Assembly (NCBI GenBank): GCA_048594865.1
Contig: JBMDWZ010000076.1
Span: 5,111 to 69,110 of the forward strand
Reading direction: 5' to 3'
Source of the DNA: Beutenbergiaceae bacterium
Lineage (GTDB): Bacteria; Actinomycetota; Actinomycetes; Actinomycetales; Beutenbergiaceae
DNA: 64,000 nt
Made by a program: the position numbers and the translations under genes. Under the pieces are notes generated by a model that was not told where the DNA came from, ran no database searches, and saw nothing but the letters and a program-made list of their open reading frames with translations. Positions 20,449-28,417 of this stretch are shown piece after piece. Within the stretch, counting starts at the first letter, position 1. The number at the start of each line of letters is the position of its first letter.

Positions 20449-22586
20449 TGAACCGGGTGATCACCGCGCAGGCGCTGGTCGCGCTCGCAGTCGTGATCGG
20501 TGCCCTGAGCATCGGCAACCTCGTTGATCCCGGCTCTTGGTTCTGGCCCACGGTGCTGGCGGTGGGGGCAGCGCTGGGGACTTGCGGCTACCTCCGGACC
20601 CGAACTGAGTTGATCTCCACTCCGGCGGTGTGCGGACTGGTGGTCGGTGGGATCGTGCCCGTCATTGCCTACGCCCCGCCGACGATCACCGCCAACCCCC
20701 TCACGTGGCTGAGCATCCCCGGCGAAATGTTCGACCTGCTGCGCCAAGGGGCAGAAGACGCCACCCAGCGCGCCCCGGTGTTAGGCAGCGACGGCCTGGG
20801 GCTGATGGTCTGCGCGGCCACCTTGCTCGTCTTTGTGTTGGCCGAGTTGCTGGCCGTGGGTTGCCGCGCCCCGGTGTGGTCCGGCATCGCCCTGTTGATC
20901 GTGTGGACACCCGCCGCAGCGTTGTCAGCGCACGTGCCACTGTGGGTGTTCGCCGGGTCGGCGGCGTCTTTCGTGGGCTTGCTCGTGGTGAGCAACCTGT
21001 CCAATGCTCCGACCGCTTCCCGGCGTCGCGCCGCCCGATCGGCGGTCATCGTCAGCGCAAGCACCGTGGTCCTGGCGCTGATCATTGCCCCGGCGATTCT
21101 GCTCATTCCGGTGAGCCAATGGAACCTGAGCGGTGGCGGGATCGGCGGCGGTGGGGCCGGCTCGACCACCCGGCTAGACCTCGGGCTCGACGTGCGCGAT
21201 CAGCTGCGGCGGGGCCCGGAGAGCGAGATCTTTTCCTACACCACCGATATCCCCGACCTTGGCCCACTGCATGCCTACACCGTGACGGACTTCGACGGGT
21301 CCCAGTGGCACACCGATGAGGCGGCCGATGATTCCGAGGAGCCGCAGGCGGTGGAGCAGAGCCAGACGTTGTGGCCCGATGAATCCTTCGGCGATTCGAT
21401 CGGCTCGGTGCAGATCAACATTCCCGAGCTCGAGCAGGACCGTCTGCTGGTGCCGGGGCACCCACGCCAGTTGGACGTACAGGGCGAGTGGGTCTACGCC
21501 GCCGGGCGCGATGAGATCATCGGATCGGGCCCGTCCCCGTTGACCTATACGGTGCAGGTGCTCGAGCGGGACATCGACTCCTCGGTGCTAAACGGTGCCG
21601 ACAACTCCGATGCCGCCGAGCGCGTCGATCCCGAAGCGCTGGCCGTCCCGGACACCGGGCACGCCGAGCAGATCGAGGGCGTTGCGCAGCGGGTCAGCGA
21701 CGCGGCCGAAGCAGAGACCGACTACGAACGCGCGGTGGCGATCCAGAACTACCTGCGTTCGTCTTCGGACTTCACCTACGACGTCGACGTCGATCCCCCA
21801 CAGACCGACGATGCGGTGTGGGACTTCTTGGGAAGTGGACGCGGCTACTGCGTCCAGTTCGCCACCGCCATGGTGATCATGGCCCGCACCATGGACATCC
21901 CGGCCCGGATGGCCGTGGGGTTCCTGGAGGGAACCCCGGGCGCCGACGGTACCTACCAGGTCACCGGGCACCGCGCTCACACCTGGCCGCAGCTGTACTT
22001 CGAAGGCACCGGTTGGGTCCGATTCGAGCCGACGCCGGCGACCCAGTCCGGCGCAGTGCCCGACTGGGCTGCGGGCGTGGGGGCAGAATCTGCCGACACC
22101 CCCAGTGAGGTCCCAGAGGGGCAGACGATCGAGGAACCCCAGACGGCTCCCGAAACCCAGGACACCGGGGCGCAGCAGGACGAGGGCACCACCGGCCAGG
22201 GCGAGCACAGCTCCTCAAGTTTCGCCTTCTGGCTGGCCGGGCTGGCCGTCCTTGTTGCCGTGGGGCTGGGGCTGTTGTGGTGGCGCTATCGCACTCGGCG
22301 ATTCTCAGATATCGACGCGGCGTGGGCCCGGGTGACCGGTGCGCTGCGCTCGGCGGGGATCGCGAAGGACGAGGCAAGCCTCACTCCCACCAGGGTGGCC
22401 AGCGGAATGGATCTTGGCGAGGAGTCCGATCGGGCCCTGCGCGACTTGGCGCACGCCGTTCAGGCCCATCGGTATGCACGCCCGGACACTGCGGGCGTGC
22501 AGGGCAGCGACATCAGGCAGTGGCAGCAGGCGGCGATGCGCGGGATCCGCCGGAGCGCCCGCCGAACGAAGGACGGCGGGTCCTAA
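20445..22586 (+). CDS. Transglutaminase-like membrane protein (TgpA-type, C-terminal DUF4129-like tail)
   Basis: The ATG at 20445 overlaps the DUF58 stop (ATGA); the longest ORF from 20073 overlaps DUF58 out of frame. It has about 6 N-terminal TM helices, a Cys-His core (GRGYCVQFATAMV ... HRAHTWPQLYFEGTGWVRFEPT), then a TM segment and a cytoplasmic tail. Confidence 0.85.
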   Translation: MMNRVITAQALVALAVVIGALSIGNLVDPGSWFWPTVLAVGAALGTCGYLRTRTELISTPAVCGLVVGGIVPVIAYAPPTITANPLTWLSIPGEMFDLLRQGAEDATQRAPVLGSDGLGLMVCAATLLVFVLAELLAVGCRAPVWSGIALLIVWTPAAALSAHVPLWVFAGSAASFVGLLVVSNLSNAPTASRRRAARSAVIVSASTVVLALIIAPAILLIPVSQWNLSGGGIGGGGAGSTTRLDLGLDVRDQLRRGPESEIFSYTTDIPDLGPLHAYTVTDFDGSQWHTDEAADDSEEPQAVEQSQTLWPDESFGDSIGSVQINIPELEQDRLLVPGHPRQLDVQGEWVYAAGRDEIIGSGPSPLTYTVQVLERDIDSSVLNGADNSDAAERVDPEALAVPDTGHAEQIEGVAQRVSDAAEAETDYERAVAIQNYLRSSSDFTYDVDVDPPQTDDAVWDFLGSGRGYCVQFATAMVIMARTMDIPARMAVGFLEGTPGADGTYQVTGHRAHTWPQLYFEGTGWVRFEPTPATQSGAVPDWAAGVGAESADTPSEVPEGQTIEEPQTAPETQDTGAQQDEGTTGQGEHSSSSFAFWLAGLAVLVAVGLGLLWWRYRTRRFSDIDAAWARVTGALRSAGIAKDEASLTPTRVASGMDLGEESDRALRDLAHAVQAHRYARPDTAGVQGSDIRQWQQAAMRGIRRSARRTKDGGS

Positions 22587-22593
22587 GGCGGCG

Positions 22594-23007
22594 CTACTCT
22601 TCGCGCCGGCGCTTTTCCCAACGCTCTTCGAGGCGGTTCATAAACGAACTGGAACTGCCCGAACGCGGCGCCCCCGGTCCCGACGATCCTGGCTTGCCGC
22701 CGCGGATCGGGTGGACGTTGCTGGCGTCCTGCGCTTGGCCTTTGGGCCGGTACATCGCCACGATTACCCCGGCGAACATCATGACGAAGCCGACGGCGCT
22801 GAGCCACAGTTGCCCGCTTGCCGAGCCGCCGACGAGGGCGGCTAGACCACCGAGCAATCCGACGATGCCCAGACCAATGAACAATGGTTTACGGCCGGCG
22901 CGTCCGGAGATGGTTTCGGCGAGTTTGGGGTCGTCGGAGCGCAGTTGCTCCGCCAACTCATCCAGTACGCGCTGCTCATACTCGGAGAGAGGCACGGCAC
23001 CTCCCAT
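22594..23007 (-). CDS. DUF3040 domain membrane protein
   Basis: Starting at the ATG at 23007 gives MGGAVPLSEYEQRVLDELAEQLRSDDPKLA plus two TM helices, the usual DUF3040 layout. The longest ORF extends to 23100. Confidence 0.75.
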   Translation of the reverse strand: MGGAVPLSEYEQRVLDELAEQLRSDDPKLAETISGRAGRKPLFIGLGIVGLLGGLAALVGGSASGQLWLSAVGFVMMFAGVIVAMYRPKGQAQDASNVHPIRGGKPGSSGPGAPRSGSSSSFMNRLEERWEKRRREE

Positions 23008-23092
23008 GGATCGAATCCGAACGCCTCGGTCTAAGGCGTTACCCCTAGGATAAGTCCCCGACGGCGATATCGGTAGCCGAACGTGGCCCAAC

Positions 23093-24307
23093 TTACTCAC
23101 GAACCAGTGAACCGGCTTGCACGGCCCCCGTTCCGTAGCGAGCTCGGACCGTGTCCATGGCCATTTCGGCCTCGCGCCGGGCGGGCGAATCCTCCTCGAG
23201 CATCCCTTGAACCGCGGTGGTTGCGGCGGGGCTCAGCGCATCGCAGCGGACACCGAGCAACCGGACCCCATCGGCGGGAATGCTAACCCCGGCGAGCAGT
23301 TCGCGGGCACTGGTGTACAGGGCGTGCGCCACATCGGTGGCAGCGGGAAGCGTGCGGGAGCGGGTCAGGGTCGTGAAGTCCGCGTACCGGACCTTGATAC
23401 TCACGCCACCGCAGACCAACTGCGCCGCCCGCAGGCGGGCCGCGCACCGGTGCGCCTGATCCAAGAGCACGGCGTTGAGTTCGGCGGCCTCGCGCAGGTT
23501 GGTCGCAAATGTTTGCTCGTGCCCGATCGACTTTTCCTTGTGGTGCGGTTGCACCGGGCGCGGGTCGCGGCCCCAGGACAAGTCGAGCAGGCGCTGCCCG
23601 GCGGCCACCCCCAGCACCGAGTGCAACACCTGGATGGGCGTGTGGGCCAAGTCGGCGACGGTATTGATCGCCCGGGAGGCGAGCACCTGTTGGGTACGTT
23701 CCCCCACTCCCCACAGCGCACCAACCGGCAGGCTGTGCAGGAAGTCCACGGTGGAGGCTTCGGGGATCAGCAGCGTCCCATTGGGTTTGGCGTGGGTGGA
23801 GGCGACCTTGGCCACGAATTTGGTCGAGGCGATACCGACCGAGGCGTTCACCGACAGTTTCCGTGAGATCTGCGCGCGCAAGTCGTGGGCGATCTTCTTG
23901 GGCGACCCCAGCCGGCGCCTGGCACCGGAGACGTCCAGGAATGCCTCGTCGATGCTGAGTTGCTCCATCACCGGGGTGATCGAGGACAGGATGTCCATCA
24001 CCGCGGCCGACACCTCGCGATATCGACTGTGCCGTGGCTGCAAGATGATCGCCTGCGGGCACATCGCCCGGGCCCGGTGCATCGGCATCGCCGAGTGCAC
24101 CCCGCTGGCACGGGCCTCATAGGTGGCCGCGACCACCACTCCACGTTCGGCTCCGCCGACGATCACCGGTTTGCCAACCAACTCGGGATGGTCGATCAAT
24201 TCCACCGAGGCGAAGAACGCGTCCATGTCCACGTGCAGGATCGAGGTGGCCGCATCGTCCTGGCCCCAGTCCCTGCGAGCATCCGGCGATCGCACCGACC
24301 TGCTCAC
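23093..24307 (-). CDS. dinB: DNA polymerase IV (Y-family)
   Basis: 404-aa ORF with ILHVDMDAFFASVE, SIDEAFLDV and the little-finger region. Its GTG start overlaps the stop of the upstream HEPN gene (GTGA). Confidence 0.95.
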   Translation of the reverse strand: MSRSVRSPDARRDWGQDDAATSILHVDMDAFFASVELIDHPELVGKPVIVGGAERGVVVAATYEARASGVHSAMPMHRARAMCPQAIILQPRHSRYREVSAAVMDILSSITPVMEQLSIDEAFLDVSGARRRLGSPKKIAHDLRAQISRKLSVNASVGIASTKFVAKVASTHAKPNGTLLIPEASTVDFLHSLPVGALWGVGERTQQVLASRAINTVADLAHTPIQVLHSVLGVAAGQRLLDLSWGRDPRPVQPHHKEKSIGHEQTFATNLREAAELNAVLLDQAHRCAARLRAAQLVCGGVSIKVRYADFTTLTRSRTLPAATDVAHALYTSARELLAGVSIPADGVRLLGVRCDALSPAATTAVQGMLEEDSPARREAEMAMDTVRARYGTGAVQAGSLVRE

Positions 24308-24702
24308 GAGGCCATCGCCGGCTGCTGGGCTCGGGCCGCGGAGACGGCGTCGGTCACGATCCCGACGAAGTCGGTGGCCGCTTGTTCGGTGTGCACCACT
24401 TGATCCTGCCCTAGGCTCACGCCCCGGCCGGTTTCAATCGCCGCGCGGATCGCAGCTCCGGATGCAAACAGTGCGGCCCATGGCTCCCACACCTCATCGA
24501 GTTCGGAGATCTGGACCCACACACTGCGAACCGGCCCTCGCCGTCGGCCCGTCTGTGGTGATAGGGCCAGCAGCGCGGCCCCGGCCCGCAGCGCCGCCAT
24601 GTGGGCATGCAGGAAGTTGTCCTCAAGGGGCGCAGTGGCACTGAGTTGATCCAGCTCGTCGTATGCGCGGCGAAGCAACTGCTCTGGTTTGCGATCCATC
24701 AT
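24304..24702 (-). CDS. SAV_6107-family HEPN-like protein
   Basis: 132-aa all-helical ORF (…AYDELDQLSA…NFLHAHMAALRAGAALLA…WAALFASGAAIRAAIE…). It is preceded by GGAAGGAG 7 nt upstream of the ATG. I call the family from remembered sequence character and its conserved pairing with dinB. Confidence 0.65.
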   Translation of the reverse strand: MMDRKPEQLLRRAYDELDQLSATAPLEDNFLHAHMAALRAGAALLALSPQTGRRRGPVRSVWVQISELDEVWEPWAALFASGAAIRAAIETGRGVSLGQDQVVHTEQAATDFVGIVTDAVSAARAQQPAMAS

Positions 24703-24726
24703 TGGGGGGCTCCTTCCCGTTCCATC

Positions 24727-24755
24727 ATTATCGAACGTTAGTGCGACTGAGTCAA
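24727..24755 (-). promoter_or_regulatory. Sigma-A type promoter TTGACT-N17-GATAAT with a LexA (SOS) box in the spacer
   Basis: The minus strand reads TTGACT CAGTCGCACTAACGTTC GATAAT. On the plus strand, 24731-24746 is TCGAACGTTAGTGCGA, an 11/12 match to the actinobacterial SOS box TCGAAC-N4-GTTCGA. The box lies 29 nt upstream of the HEPN-dinB start. Confidence 0.7.
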
Positions 24756-24800
24756 GGGGTAGTTAGTCCTCGGCGTGCCGCGGGCGCTACATTCGTACCT

Positions 24801-25781
24801 ATGGCAGCGCGTCGGCGATCGGGGAACTCACGTTCGGCTCCCACGGCCGGGATGATCACGAATCAACGAGACCTTCCCGAACCCACTGCAACCACATTCG
24901 CCACCGTAGAGCTCACCCCTGACACCGAGGATCCGCACGGGGTACTGCTGCTCCTAGACGGGGTCCAAAGCTCCCATATCTACCTCGATGACCCCACCCG
25001 GGTGATGTTTGAGTATCTGCAGCAGATGCTCGTTGTCCTCACCGAACGCGAACCCGCCGATGCGGCCTTGAATGTGGTGCATCTGGGCGGCGCCGGTTGC
25101 GCCCTACCGCGGGCGATGGCGCATCTGTGGCCGGAGTCCCGGCATCTGGTTGCCGAGATTGACGCCAAGCTCGCCCAGTACGTGCGCCAATGGTTCGACC
25201 TGCCCCGCTCCCCTCGTTTACGGATCCGGGTCGATGACGCTCGCTCGGCATTGGCGTCGCTACGCCCTGGCGGTGGGGATGCGATTGTGCGGGACACCTT
25301 CGCCGGCGGCGCCGTGCCGCCGCACCTGCGGACAGTGGAGTTCACCACTATGGTTCGCGACCGGTTGCGCCCGGGCGGGAGCTACCTGCTGAACCTCGCC
25401 GACAACCCGCCGCTGCCGGTGGCCCGACGGGAGGCGGCCACGGTGGCACAGGTCTTTGCGCACACGGCGATCATCGCCGAACCGGGAGTGCTTCGGGGCC
25501 GCCGCTACGGCAACGTGGTGATCATCGCCAGCGACCAGCCCTGGGAGGTCGGATCGATCACTCGCGGACTTCGCCGGTTGGTTCCGCCGGCCCGGCTCAT
25601 CCACGGCGCTGACGTGCAGGACTTCATCGGCACCTCGGTACCGTTCACAGACCCCAGCGATGAGGACCAGTGGCGGGCCGGCGCCGAACCCTCGGGAGCC
25701 AGCGAGTCGAGCGAGGAGCGCCTGGCGAGCATGCTGCCCGACACCCGCGAGGATCCCGATCAGATCATTCCGATCCCGTAA
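24801..25781 (+). CDS. Spermidine synthase-like class I methyltransferase-fold protein
   Basis: The ATG at 24801 avoids overlap with the divergent gene; the longest ORF starts at 24663. The segment VVHLGGAGCALPRAM...EIDAKL...DTFAGGAVPPHL...LRPGGSYLLN resembles the actinobacterial spermidine-synthase-like family. Confidence 0.65.
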   Translation: MAARRRSGNSRSAPTAGMITNQRDLPEPTATTFATVELTPDTEDPHGVLLLLDGVQSSHIYLDDPTRVMFEYLQQMLVVLTEREPADAALNVVHLGGAGCALPRAMAHLWPESRHLVAEIDAKLAQYVRQWFDLPRSPRLRIRVDDARSALASLRPGGGDAIVRDTFAGGAVPPHLRTVEFTTMVRDRLRPGGSYLLNLADNPPLPVARREAATVAQVFAHTAIIAEPGVLRGRRYGNVVIIASDQPWEVGSITRGLRRLVPPARLIHGADVQDFIGTSVPFTDPSDEDQWRAGAEPSGASESSEERLASMLPDTREDPDQIIPIP

Positions 25782-25798
25782 CTCGCGCGCCGAGTCAA

Positions 25799-26788
25799 TC
25801 AGTCCTGGTGGGCCGCGCGCAGGTGCGCAATGATCCCTACTAGCCAGTTCCGGGCCGGCGCCCAGGACCCAGTCAGGAGCGCTGAGTCATGAAAGGCATG
25901 TGGCACTAGGCTCAGTTGGCACTCGATCCCGGCGCGCCGGAGCTGGCCGGCGAACGCGACCGCGTCGTGGCGCAGCGGGTCCTGCCCGGCCGCCACGAGG
26001 TAGGTGAGCGGGAAGGCCGTGAAGTCCTCGGCCTTGAGCGGTGAGGCCAACGGGTCAGCGGGCTGCACAAGGTCCGCGCAATACATCCGGACCAGCTCCA
26101 GCGCCGCACCCAGGTCCAGGCCAGGTTCATGGGCCTGCATGGTGGCGCCGGTGAGGTCCAACACTGGCACCCCCAGCACCAGCGTCTTTAGTGGGACCGC
26201 CGCCTCGCAGAGGCAGTAGGCGGCGGCGATATTCGCCCCGGCACTGTCGCCCCCCAAGGAGATCGAGTGCGGCGCGATACCCAGGTCCTCACCGCGGCGC
26301 TGCAGATACCGAATGGTGGCGCGAGTGTCTTCGATGGCGCTGGGCCACGGGTGCTCCGGGGCTAGTCGGTAGCCCACGCAGAGCACGGCCACTTGCCCAC
26401 CGGCGGCGATGTGGCGCGCGGCGGCGACGTTCACCTGATCGTCGATCGAGCCGGCCACCCATCCCCCGCCATGCAGGTAGACATGCACGCCGCGCGCACG
26501 ACCACCGGGATGGAAGAGACGTGCGCGCACCCGGGTGCCGGGACTGGAATGTCCGACGACGGCGTCACTGCTGTCGATTTCAATGCTGAGTTCGCGCTCG
26601 GTTGCGACCGCGTCAGCGGGCAGCCCGAAGCGAGCGAAGTTGCGGTCCAGTTGGGCGCTGATCGCGTGGCGATGCTGAGCGAGCCCGGCGTCCAATCCGG
26701 GCACTGGCGGTTCGGCCCGGTGGTGGACGCTGGCGGCTGCTAGCTCGCGCTGGCCGTGCGCGGCCTCGCCCGGTGCATCCTTCTGCAC
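25799..26788 (-). CDS. Alpha/beta hydrolase, hormone-sensitive-lipase-type esterase
   Basis: 329-aa ORF with the oxyanion motif HGGGW (YLHGGGWVAGS) and the nucleophile elbow GDSAG (LGGDSAGANIA). Confidence 0.85.
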   Translation of the reverse strand: MQKDAPGEAAHGQRELAAASVHHRAEPPVPGLDAGLAQHRHAISAQLDRNFARFGLPADAVATERELSIEIDSSDAVVGHSSPGTRVRARLFHPGGRARGVHVYLHGGGWVAGSIDDQVNVAAARHIAAGGQVAVLCVGYRLAPEHPWPSAIEDTRATIRYLQRRGEDLGIAPHSISLGGDSAGANIAAAYCLCEAAVPLKTLVLGVPVLDLTGATMQAHEPGLDLGAALELVRMYCADLVQPADPLASPLKAEDFTAFPLTYLVAAGQDPLRHDAVAFAGQLRRAGIECQLSLVPHAFHDSALLTGSWAPARNWLVGIIAHLRAAHQD

Positions 26789-26815
26789 GTTGGCCCTCCT
26801 GCCCGGGAAAGACAG

Positions 26816-26849
26816 CGGCCCGGCCGGTGCGAGTGCACCAACCGGGCCG
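26816..26849 (-). terminator. Stem-loop downstream of cspA (candidate intrinsic terminator)
   Basis: The plus strand reads cggcccggccggtgc-gagt-gcaccaaccgggccg, a 15-bp stem (two G:U pairs on the minus-strand RNA) with a 4-nt loop. On the cspA strand it is followed by CTGTCTTTCC. It starts 20 nt after the cspA stop. Confidence 0.55.
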
Positions 26850-26868
26850 TTGCCGAGGATTTACAGAA

Positions 26869-27072
26869 TCAGACCGCGCGAACGCTCTCCGCCTGCGGGC
26901 CCTTGGGTCCCTGAGTGATTTCGAACTCGACGCGCTGCGCTTCTTCCAGCGAGCGGTAGCCGTCCGACTGAATTGCCGAGAAGTGAACGAATACGTCGTC
27001 ACCGCCGCCATCTTGGGCGATGAAGCCGTAGCCCTTCTCAGCGTTGAACCACTTGACGGTTCCTTGTGCCAT
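26869..27072 (-). CDS. cspA: Cold-shock protein (CspA family)
   Basis: 67 aa from the ATG at 27072: [34 protein letters not shown], with RNP1 and RNP2 motifs. The longer ORF to 27174 is an upstream extension. Confidence 0.95.
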   Translation of the reverse strand: MAQGTVKWFNAEKGYGFIAQDGGGDDVFVHFSAIQSDGYRSLEEAQRVEFEITQGPKGPQAESVRAV

Positions 27073-27285
27073 GTTGTGCTTGTCCTTCCGGGGACGTTGT
27101 GGGGCCAACCGGTGTGTCGGCCCCGTCTTGCCACATGCTTCGCCCCACGAATGCTGCTCCCCGGTATGGGTCAATCAAACAACGCAAGTGAAACACCTAA
27201 CCGAGCAAGTGTGGCACGACACCGGGCCGATCCGCCACCACTTGCGGCCGAAAAGTCTACTCGGCGTGGCGCGGGCCCCAGCAAA

Positions 27286-28212
27286 TCAGTCGTTGGTGCC
27301 GTCTCTGCCGGCGAGGTACTCGGAGAATCGGGCCGCGATTTCATCGGCACTTGGCACGTCTTCGGGCTCGGCTGAGGTGCCGCCCAGGGCGTCGTCACCG
27401 GTGGCCTCGGCGAGGGAGTCAAACTGTTCCTCCAGGGCTTTGACCACGCTTCGCACCTCGTCGGAAGCTTCGACCTGCCGGTCGATTTCGGCTTCCATCC
27501 GGGTGCCGTCGGCCTCCAAGTCACCGACGGGCAGTTGCAATCCGGTGACCTTGCTGATCTGGCGAAGCAGCTCGGCGGCGGCCTTCGGGTAGTCCGACTG
27601 GGCGAGGTAATGCGGCACGTGGGCCGCGAAGCCCATGGCGTCGTGACCCGAATGCCCTAGGCGCAACTCCATGAGCGCGGCTGCCGACCCGGGCACCCGA
27701 ACCGAGGAGATGTAGTTGGGGTAGTCCTCCACCATCTCTGGCCGAGTCCCGTGCGCGGTCACCGTGATTGGCCTGGTGTGCGGCACGCCCATCGGGATGC
27801 CGTGCACGCCCACGGTCAGCTCCACGCCGAACCAGTCGATGAGTTCGCGGACGGCCTTGATGAACCCTTCCCAGCGCAGGTCGGGTTCAGAGCCGTGCAA
27901 CAGCAAGAGTTGTTGGCCGTTGTCGTCACGCAGCAGGTCCACCACGAGCTCGGGCTGGTCGTAGTCGGTCCAGGCACCGTCTTCATACGTCATCACCGGA
28001 CGACGGGAGCGGTAGTCCATCAGCGCGTCCAGGTCGAAGCTCGCGACCCGGGTGCTCTCAAGCTTCTCGGTCAGATGCTCCACCAGAAGCGATCCGGCGT
28101 GGCCAGCGTCAATCGAGCCGCGCATGGCGTGCACCAGCACCGGAACCGGCTGGGTCGTCTCCTGCCCTTGGGGGTTTTGCAGGGTGTACAGCTCTTGCCC
28201 CCGTGCAGCCAT
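27286..28212 (-). CDS. PAC2 (proteasome assembly chaperone 2-like) family protein
   Basis: Starting at the ATG at 28212 (MAARGQELYTL…). Family-typical segments are VLVHAMRGSIDAGHAG, LLLLHGSEPDLRW and GVHGIPMGVPHTRP, with an acidic C-terminal tail. Confidence 0.78.
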   Translation of the reverse strand: MAARGQELYTLQNPQGQETTQPVPVLVHAMRGSIDAGHAGSLLVEHLTEKLESTRVASFDLDALMDYRSRRPVMTYEDGAWTDYDQPELVVDLLRDDNGQQLLLLHGSEPDLRWEGFIKAVRELIDWFGVELTVGVHGIPMGVPHTRPITVTAHGTRPEMVEDYPNYISSVRVPGSAAALMELRLGHSGHDAMGFAAHVPHYLAQSDYPKAAAELLRQISKVTGLQLPVGDLEADGTRMEAEIDRQVEASDEVRSVVKALEEQFDSLAEATGDDALGGTSAEPEDVPSADEIAARFSEYLAGRDGTND

Positions 28213-28417
28213 GAGCTCTCCTTCACCTTGTTCAAATCTTTTCACGCCCTGTACAACACCACGACGGTGTGACACATTCCCGTCCGATCAGCTGTGAAGA
28301 GGTGAGTGCGAAGTTCAAGCCTACGGGGCATAATGGACGGCTGCCGGTTCGCCCACCGGCGCGCCATCAGGCAAAGACTCGGCTCGGCCCATTGAGTACC
28401 GGAGAAGCACAACAACC

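Noticed and set aside
28276-28417. Search for a rifamycin-associated element (RAE) palindrome upstream of the HelD-like gene.
   Set aside because: No inverted repeat of comparable length is visible in the spacer.
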